A stretch of 64,000 bases of DNA from Ophelia neglecta. Taxonomy: Eukaryota. The DNA lies in the NCBI GenBank assembly GCA_965285935.1, contig OZ260665.1:59520001-59584000 (forward strand), written 5' to 3'. Shown here in pieces: positions 54,201-64,000 of the stretch (the first letter of the stretch is position 1; each line of letters starts with the position of its first letter). The notes under the pieces were generated by a model. That model was not told the origin of the DNA. It saw nothing but the letters and a program-made list of their open reading frames with translations, and ran no database searches. A program made the translations under genes and the position numbers.

Positions 54201-57200
54201 CCGGTTTAGGCATTGTAACTACCCCTGGGACTGGTTACTTTTATTTATTGTGGAAATAAGGGAATGTCAAACCTTAGTCTGGACTAAGCAAAGGATCTTC
54301 TACAAAAATGCATATATTTATTGTCGGTTATGTCGAGCGATTCAGAATGAAATGCAGGGACATGCAGCACGTATGATCTATGCGTTCAGAGAGCTTTTCT
54401 AATTTCCGCTCGCGCCAAGTTAATTTTGGACGACTGAACTGCCGTTATGATTGACATTGGCATTGACTGCAACCCTGATAACCTATCGGAGTGAATCCTA
54501 CTGGCGACATATGCTTCCTTAATAGAAAGAAAAAAAACGTTATCTCTGTTAAGAGTTATCTATAATTGGAGGGTTGGTGTCACGAGGCTACAAGGTCAAA
54601 CTTTGGTGGAATAAAGCACTCTGCGTTCGCTAAATGAGGCAAATGAAACCCTGAGCTTGTTATAGCATGACAATCTCATTGAAGAAGACAGCAGAGTGTA
54701 ATACGAACAGTAAGAGGAAACTAGTAATGATCTTAGAGGCAGAGAAATCGGTTTAAGTGCATCGCGTTGTAAGGCTACGTACGTAGGAATGCACTTCCTG
54801 GAATATTTTTCTTCGGTGACAATTTGACGTGGAAACATTCGGAAGCCATACAGAGTAGTTTCAATAAAACAAGTTTCTGCTTCTGAGTAAGTACGCATGG
54901 TCTGACATTTGTAGGGGTTTTTGATACTTAAAAAATTAATTGCAGTTTCATGCGATTGTAATGTCTGCAATCTGCAGCATGGGCTTGTTTTACGGACGAA
55001 GCTTTTTTTCGGATAGGAACCACAGACACAGGCCCAAAGAATGAACTGTTTTGCCAATATGACAGCAAAATATACTTTCAAGTCACGTGTGACCTTTTTA
55101 CAGTTATGGACATAGCAACATGTCCAGTAACGTAAGTAACAGGGAGGGACCTGGTGCCTCTAAAATAGGCGATCATGAGACTTTCAAGTTGCTATTTTCC
55201 TCTGACGAGTCTGTCAAATTAATGCATAGCATCTGGATTCCCATCACAACTATCAGCCTAATCTTGAGTGTTATCGGAACGCACGTATGATTCGAGATTG
55301 TGTAAATAAAAAATGGTTATTATTAGGCCTAACTGCATAATCTTTGTCTTAATAGAATAGACAGTAAAACACTTTAGTTTGAAGAAAGTAATCATACATT
55401 ACATAATAAACTTTACAAGTTGTAAAAGTATCTGGTGCAACATTAGGTCATGTAGGGAATGAAGAGAACGATATACTATATAAAGGCTGCTGATGACTGC
55501 GAACCGATTTGATGTTTTTTATTAACGATTTGTCTTTGTCTATCAGGTGTTCACTCCCGTTTTCTAAAGCTCAGCTAGCTTCCAGGGAGTAACAGTTAAT
55601 GGAGGCAATTCTAGGGGGAATATTCATAGCCACTGAATATGACCGTAGTCCATGTTTTCCAGAGTTGCAGTGTTGACCGTTTATACTATTTGGCTCTACA
55701 CTCTTCCTTAGCCTTTTATTTTGAGCAGTATAGTCTGATGCCAATGTAGGGTGGCAACTCGGGATAGTCTTTGTGATGATCAATCCATATTATGTAGAAC
55801 GAGGTCCTAATAAATCCCCCCCCCCCCCCCCCCGGAATACATGCATACATACATTTAGGAAGCCTTATATTCTTTTCTGAGAAAAACTAAACTTCAAGGC
55901 GCGAGGTACTGTATTTATTATAACTCGTATACGTATTGGGATATTTATGAGTCTAATTAACTAAGAAAAGAATGACTTGGTAATTTTGTATTTTTAAATC
56001 CAGTTAATTAATATCCTCAAAACATCATCTTAGTATAACGTAATGTGTAGTTTGAAATGAATACAATCTTCACATTTCTTTAAACAAAATTCTCCCAGAA
56101 ATGTTTCGATTATCGAGTAGTTAATCTGTATTAACCAAACATGATTATAAGGGGATGAATTTCCTCATTAACCAGGATATTTACTATCTACGAAAGATAA
56201 GGGAAATTAATTCAGAAATATATACCATTCTCACCCTCTACACTATTTCTGCTTTTATTCATTAATACATACTTTTTACAGGCAAGGCATCAACAATGAC
56301 ATGATTACCTTGTACGCTGTGTTCAAGATTTAATCATGATTTGGTTATTTAGTTCCACTTTTTTTCATCAAACGCACGGATGAGAACGAACGACCGGTCA
56401 TGTACTTGACGCAATTGTTGGCAAGCACCTAAAATCTCCTAATCAATCAGGCTACAATGGATGTCTGAAAATTGTCATTAAGACATCCAGGAAGCAGTTT
56501 TAATGAGTAATACCAAGCCCAGGTTACACGGCACTCACTGGGCACAGGCAGCACGTCTCGTGGCCAACGGTTGTCAAGCATAAACTACTCGTGCTGCAAC
56601 GAAATGTACAGTCATCATCTGGTATTGCAGGACCATATCTATAAACTGTTACTTTTGAATTGCAATCATTAAAGTGTGTTTTATGCATTTTTGCTTGCCT
56701 GCTTATGTGCGATGATGGACTGCGGGTATACGTTCCAGCAGAAGCCAGTGACATTGTGAGTACTGATTCCATAACATTATCAGTAGCTTTTTAATGCGAG
56801 GTTCGAATGCAACATACTAAATTGCGACTTCCCTTTGTAAAATGAGCCTGTATTTGAACGGTTTACAAAGACCTGAATCATATAATATTGTTCTGTATTA
56901 AGTAACAAAGGTAACGTACAACTAACAGTGCAAGGATTATAGAGAAATCTGTCTCAGATACTACAATGCGTGTAAAAACACCAATCTATAAATCCCTGAC
57001 CGTACATGTTCGCCATTTGTAAAATAATCTTTTCCCATAATTATGTCATTTTCAGCAGATCGAGTGTCAGCTTGTCACTGGCCTGAACAGTGATATAGTA
57101 GGCAAAGGCATCAAGGTCAAAGCCTCGTAAATGAGCGGCCTGCTCCAGTCGACACGTCTGGGAAACAGAAAATAACATAATCACTAGGGCCTGTCTTGCT

Positions 57201-60200
57201 CAATAGCGGCAGAGTTTATCTGAAATCGGATCTAGCTCGATCCGCCTGGGTAAAGGCCCTTCCTCAGTGTCCATAATTGGGAAGATTTTAGTCAAAGATC
57301 GGACAATAGTATCGAATGAACTGTGGGAACACGGCCAGCCCGACCTCCTCCCTTTGGGTATCAATGTCAAAGGTCATTCCCACATTGGCTGTTTGACTTT
57401 ACCTCTTTTCTAGACCGTGACCGTGAGACATGCCACAACGGGATGGGCGTCTATAACCATTTTACCATCATCAAATTTTCCAGATGGCTGCCCGAATCAA
57501 TTCGAATATTTGTCAGGCGGGCAAATCTAATAGAGCTGCACTACATCCTATCTGTAGAATATGTTTAAAATTGGATGGGATTTCAAGGCCGTAAGTGCTC
57601 TACGAGGAAAGAGAAGAACATGCGACATAGCGTTGGCCTCTTCCCGCCTTCTTGCTAATGGCGCGCTATTATCCAATAACCCATCTCGCCAGCTCGGCCC
57701 TCCTTGCCCATGATCATCAATACTGTTTGCCCTTCACTCGACCTTTCTCTCTCCGAATTCACTCCACAATACGTTAGGGCTCTTCCAGAAATCATTAAAC
57801 AGGCGGCAAAGACCAAAGCCTTGTCTTCTTAACTTGTCCTGTTGGACTGTGCCTTATAGCTATCGAAGATGGCAGCGTGGCAGTCAAAAGGAGAAGATAC
57901 TGTAGAATGAGGCCATCAGGCCATGTAAGTCAAAATATCACAGGCGTTCTTACATGCTGAGTTCTTGTTTTACTTCACGATATTATATGCTGCCTTTGTT
58001 TGGTATCTAAAAACTAGGAAAACCTGTCACAGTTCCAAACTATACAAATAGTATTAGCAAATTAGCAGAGCACGGTAAATTTAACAAATCTCGGTCACGT
58101 TTAAATCTCGTCCCGGCGGTTTACGGCTAGGTTTTGTAATTCGTGCTGTCGGCAATAGAAAAAAGGTGTATCCGGTTAGCCTCTCAATGTCGAGCTTTTC
58201 TTGAATAGGTTCACCATTAAAAATCTCAGAAATAACGAATAGGTGGATATCCCATTCTTGTTCACTGAATCTGAAAAACAAATTTGCTAATGTAATTTGC
58301 AATTTCCAGCAAAACATTGATTACTGTGTTTCGTTTTTATTATATTCGTCTTATTATTGTTTCTGCTTTCTCCGCTAACTGTCTTCTCTGAGGGTGAAAC
58401 CTCAAGATTTAATAAGGAAGTTCTCAATACTTGAGATACTTTCGGCCTGTGACAGATAAGCCAATGTCACATGTGTTGTTCATAGTCTGCTGCTAATGAT
58501 GATGTGGATTTCGACGTCTTCTGCTGGCAACGAGCGATACTGGCAATAAGAACATGCACTTAGCAAGTCATTGCCCTTTGTGAGGTCAAAAGGAGAGGAG
58601 CATAGGGCGATAATGCAATAGGTACATAAACTCCGAATTTACTCTCGTTTAATGCACAGCGAACAACTTGGGTAGACACTACAATACAAACAGTAGCGCT
58701 GCTTCCAATGGAACTATCGACAGAACAATTTGAGGATTTGATTCTTTTGAGATTACTACGAGCGGCAGCGCCTTCCAAACAAATGAGCTTGAAATTTCAT
58801 CTCAATCACCAGGGTGCTGCTTGTTAAGCCATTTGGAATATGAAACAGCTGAAAACACTTGGGGAAATACAATTTTCTTCGTCTTGAGACCATTATATAG
58901 TATATTATAATTAAAGCTTTAAAAATGGTAGGTTCGGACAACAAACACTTGATTTCCTAGTCAAATTATTTCAAAACATAATTTAATACTTCAAAATTCT
59001 AGTTCACTTAATTCTGGTTTAGTGTTTTGTTATGATACTTTTTAAATACAGCAGCAGCAGAAATCAGGGATATTAAAGTGTGGTGGTTTAACCGCTGTGC
59101 ACTCTATAGCACTGTACGTACCCTTGACTTCCTAGTTCTTTTCTGTTTATAGAAAAAGCTCAACACAGTTTGGAATAACAAACGTGTGTGACATAGCCCA
59201 TCTCTCTTAAATACTGGATGATATAGTAGAGCTGTAATTGCCTATATGTGCAATAAAATGGTGACAGTTGTGTGAGGTCTTATTTCCTAGCGCAAAGCAA
59301 AACACATACAATTAAGTGTATTGTAGCTTAGTGCACTGGAATGTTGCAAAACAAAACACAAACAGACAACTTACATACAATATGACCTACATGCACTAAT
59401 CTATGCAACCCAAAAGATCATTGAGGCAGTTAAATCCATAAAAGTGCTTATTGTGCCAATAAATATCATAAATGTGCTGAAAAGCTTCAAGGTTTGCACA
59501 TTTTAAGTACGCACATTTCAGTTGCCGTATTATATAGATAATGTTTTGAAATTCTGAAAAGCCCCAGGATTTTGCTCTCCATGCTTTTCCTGAGGATCAC
59601 ACGTTTTGATCAATTGAATATCCAACGCGGTTAATAAATGCGCCTAATCCCGGCCTCACCTCTCCTCTTTCTTAAGGTTCAATTTTAAATGTTTTTTTTT
59701 CTTTTTAGGTTAAAAATCAACTACCCCGTATGTGCAGTGATCCATTATAACTTGTCATCTTGATACTGATTTATTTGTTACTCAGGGCTCCAATATTGAG
59801 CTGTCAAAATTGTGGTTATCGATACCCTTAATTGACATGTAGAATAAAAATGTCTAAGGCAATTTCCTCCGTTACTATTCATGGTATATATAAATATGTC
59901 ACTTCTTGTTCCACTCAAGGCTTGTTCTCCAGCACTTGTCAACAAGATGACAGGATTATGCCTCTAGATACATAAAACGTCAAACCAACTGGATCCACAA
60001 TCCAGCCTTCAGTCAACAGAAATGTCTCCAGCCTACAGTCGCCTTTGGACCCAATTGTGCAAGAATGTCTTCTTTGCCCACAAACGCAATGCCTTCGCAT
60101 GCACATTCCACGCATCAATGCAATGATATTCTCATAAATAAACCATGCTGATTTGGCCATGTAAACTCAATTTCAACTGTCTGAGTGCTGCCAGACAAAG

Positions 60201-63200
60201 AAATTCATCATAATCTGGAGACTTAAGACCGTTGGTAAGACCATCTCAATTTCACGTCATCTCTTGAGGGATTCGTTCGTCAATATTACAAAGGAAATAG
60301 TTGAGCGGCTTGAGAGAGATGAGCCGCCTGTTTGTACGATTGTGATGGGTCATTGTCCAGCCAGCTTGTCTCTGTGGTGGCTGCCGGCTGAGGCCTCCCA
60401 AGGCCCTGTATTCCAGAGACGGTACTAACTACCCCGGCCTTCTCAGCCTATTTACACTCCGATTTGTAGCCACGGTTGGGCATTGTGATTAATTTATCTT
60501 TAACATGACGTAAATTTATGGCGGTTCTGGATGTGGGGTGGTCTGGCATACTAAACCACGGTAATATCGTATACATCATTTCACGAGACGGCTTCTACAG
60601 ACATGGGGATTAATGCTCTAGAGATGGACCAAATAGGATATAAATTGACGTGGCAACATTACATGTAGACTACAGTCCTTTAACAAGAATGGATGAAGTT
60701 GTCTTGCAAGTATACGGTTTCCCGCAGATTTCGTCTACTATGCATTATATGCCAGGACCTGCAAAACAAACTTTTTTCAAAAAGTTTAGGACCAATAAAA
60801 GCCTCCGATTCAGGTTACTCCCAAACACACAATGCCTATAAATAGCTTGGAGCATCAACAGATTCCAGTTTAATTTATCTTGATGTATCAGTTTAAATTA
60901 ATAAAATTAAGCAGGCGAGTGCTCACATGAAACTATTTTTTGGCAGAAACGCACACGTGGATGGAAGCGGTTTACCGTGAGTAAATTTCTCATTTAGGGA
61001 GTCAAATGCATGATGGATAGATCTCATTTTGGTTTGGTCCGGAAAAAACTATGTCCAATGCAGTAACACCAATGAATACAAAAAAAAATGTTTTCATATT
61101 TCTGAAAGATCTCGGGAAAAAATCTATTGCTCTACTTTTGCCAGCCTACTTGTCTTCTCCAATCGAGCGACTTTGTTTTGATCGAGTAATGGAATCTCAG
61201 AGATTAAACCATGCATCATCATTTCATGCTCTCCCTTGAAACTATGAAGCTAGTCAAACGTAACAGAATATTCCTGCCCTCTGTCGATATGTTTCCAAGG
61301 TCATAAAATAACGAGTTTATTTTTTTACAATTAATTTGGCGATTGACTGTCAAGGAAAGATGTATAGCTTGGATGCGGCTTAATCATTTCAAATGAGATT
61401 CAAATGAGAAATTCTCTGACATAGGGTTGATGAAATTACTACTTTCTCTAAGCTGTAGTAATTGATCATGCAATAAAACCTCGTGTCTTCGATGAATCAA
61501 TCGAGCGAGTAGTTAAAGCGTTCGTGTTTAAAGTTTGGATTTGCCTAGGTTAATCTCTTTTCATAGCCAGCGAACGGTACCAAGAGGCCGATGAAATTGC
61601 TCGTTCAGCAATCAATACGGATGACTCCGGTGTCGCAAAAACAGCACGAAGAGCAAGGACCTGCTTAGAGAGTCTACCCGAGCGACTCGCATTATACAAA
61701 TGAAGAACTAACAGTCAAAATTGAAGTTTACTTTCCCCCAGAGCGGCGTATTTTGCCTTGTTAGCCTGACACTAATGGTGGATGTGCCTTTGACTGTCGC
61801 CTGTCAAGCCTGCTAATCCTTGCCTCTACAGGCAAGGACAAGAAGGCCTGCTGATGTCTCTCTTCGTCTGCCCTCAACTGGGTCAATCTGACCATTTACC
61901 AACTCCTCCGTTCATAAAGGCCCTACATCTCTTTTATCGAAGGGGATAGTGTAATTCATCAAAAGGAGTAAAATCATAATGTTATCATAAACAGAACCAT
62001 AAATGTATTTTGGATCAGTGGACTTTTCTTCTATCTGGCAGACGACGTATCGTCAGGCTTTGAGGCCACGGCGTGAGGCAATCGGGAAAACAGCGAGGGT
62101 TTTGCAGTAGTGTGATGGTATTGTACTCGGCCGCCTGAGAAATAGTCCCGACCTTCACCATAATCCTTTGATGTTCATAATGCAAGCTTCCAATTAAAAT
62201 TGGACAAATAAAGTAGATGAAGCTTTCCAGCCCAATGAGGTGCACCGTGTAAGCTTTGACGTTTAAAGACTGAGCCAGTACAGTGGGATGGTTGGCGTTC
62301 CCCCGGCCCAGCCAGACAAGAGAAGGATTCAATCGATCCCCGCCACCAGATCGGTCGGCCAGATAGGGTGCAGATTGCAGACAATGTAATTTTATCGAAG
62401 TTGCGTGTAGCAATACAGGGCGGCTGTGCTATATTTCAACGAGTCGGTGTCGGGTGATTTAGACGGCGTGCGAGCGGTAGAAGAGGTCCATCTGCCTGGT
62501 GGCCGGAGAAAGTTTTCTTCATCCCGGACGCACTAGTATCTTTATGGCTGACTTATTACTGTACATCATAGCCTGACCCTATAGCCCTGTCTTGGTCGAG
62601 TCTGGCATGTTTATTTGCGCACTATTTTCCTCGTTCTCCTACGTAACGAGGCCCAGCCCGGCTTTACACGTGGCAGCTTTAAGACCACATAATACCACTT
62701 GGTACGGCTTTAAGTCGGCACTCGATAGTGGACGGTGAAAGAAGGAAACTCAACGATTTGCATGCAAATGCTCCAAACGGATTTGTGAGCCAACATTTAC
62801 GACTATCCAGCCATGTGTACAAGTGGCCCGACGAGAGAGCTGATATTATATTTGATTTTCTCTTCATAATAGAGATGGCAAACCATTCGATGTTCTGGGG
62901 CGAACTAATAAAACGATAATAAACCGGAAGCGATCAACCGGGCTGAATGCTCTACGTTCACAAACCCCATGCAGAAATCAGTAGTGTAGTTTTAATTGGT
63001 ACATTTTGGCTTTTCATAATAACATTTCGGGTAACAATTTCTTCTCGGATGCGAATACTTGGCCATTTTCAATGTTTTTGTTACCGTCTTAGTAATCTAT
63101 TGCAATCGGTAATAGTTTTTATTTTTCTTAATTGATACATTCTCTTAAATGAAATTGTTTTTCCGTTCAGAAATAAGATTCCACCTTCTGAAACGAAGGA

Positions 63201-63695
63201 GTACATAATTGTAGTACAATAACCAACAAATCTGTTTTTTTGTTGCCAGTCATGGAAAGTTTTTTCACAAGAAAAGTGGTTTTGTGGCCAAACTCGCAGT
63301 ATGCCTTCAACTTTTAAAGTCAGAGAACCTGAGAAAATAATCATTATCTTCTCCATATCCCAATCACAGACGAATAAGATTGGTTTATGCGTTTGAGAGC
63401 TCATGTCATATATAAGGCTAATGTATGGCTGACAATAAAGGCCGATCCATAGTCATTTATAATATGAGCACAAGAAATAGATGAAATAAAAGGCTTCTGC
63501 AATTTAGCCGAAAATCATATTCGTTTAGGGCTCCATGAATCAATCATACTGGTAATAGCAATTGTTAATTTGGTCTATGCCGGCGATTATGGCGATCAAC
63601 GTATATTAAGCATGCGAGTGATTAATACACAAGACAGTCGGAAATCGTTGGCTGAAACAGTCCCAATACACTCATACATGGCTGTCCGAGCCCAG

Positions 63696-63839
63696 CCGCT
63701 GTACCCGCTGTACCCGCTGTTCCCGCTGTACCCGCTGTACCCGCTGTACCCGCTGTACCCGCTGTATCCGCTGTACCCGCTGTACGCGCTGTACCCGCTG
63801 TACCCGCTGTTCCCGCTGTACCCGCTGTTCCCGCTGTAC
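63696..63839. repeat. 9-bp tandem repeat (CCGCTGTAC) x16
   Basis: 144 bp = 16 units with a few single-base variants (TTC, TAT, GCG); generates the PLY/SGY/QRV repeat ORFs in the track. Confidence 0.97.
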
Positions 63840-64000
63840 GCAGGTAGAAAGTATATCACTGACGGTGGTCAACTACATGCTGTACAGTAGATTAAAGAAA
63901 AATCATTTAAAATGTGACTTCTAATGTGTTCCCTCTTCAGTCCGGCAGGAGGCATGTTTCCGCAATAATAGGTCTTCATTTGGATAGATATAAATACATT

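Noticed and set aside
54596-55081. 161-aa minus ORF and the many other 60-145 aa ORFs
   Set aside because: No recognisable motifs, transposase or RT signatures, or exon structure; consistent with random ORFs.
56524-56772. ORF ending HETCCLCP before a GTGAGT donor, as candidate gene B exon 1
   Set aside because: No TM1, TDYW or GLW motif, and the donor is phase 0 where phase 1 is required.
63570-63890. PLY / SGY / QRV repeat proteins
   Set aside because: Products of a stop-free 9-bp tandem repeat; the flanks look non-coding.

Overview
AT-rich eukaryotic (animal, most likely non-vertebrate) genomic DNA that is almost entirely intronic or intergenic; most ORFs in the six-frame track are noise. 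The only coding sequence I can support belongs to two paralogous spliced genes of the TARP/stargazin (CACNG, PMP22/claudin superfamily) family, arranged tail-to-tail with stop codons 4.3 kb apart. Gene A (+; exons 28358-28459, 28685-28819, 29029-29381) resembles type II TARPs (gamma-5/7) and ends in -NPTIIL. Gene B (-; exons 48210-48118, 40955-40815, 34388-33706) has a clear type I (gamma-2/3/4/8) cytoplasmic tail with an RS domain, HSRDxSP, ExSxYTLxRDP and terminal RRTTPV, plus an unusual inserted DHR/DPR His-Arg-Asp repeat. All introns are phase 1 at homologous positions. I could not find the first coding exon (TM1, GLW motif) of either gene; both probably lie outside the window, although a WRTCY-encoding exon-like relic sits 164 nt upstream of gene A exon 2. 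The rest holds a dimeric ~70-bp minisatellite, a 16x9-bp tandem repeat, degenerate SINE/L2/MITE-like fragments, G4 motifs and microsatellites. Comparisons with vertebrate proteins are from memory, not from a database search.
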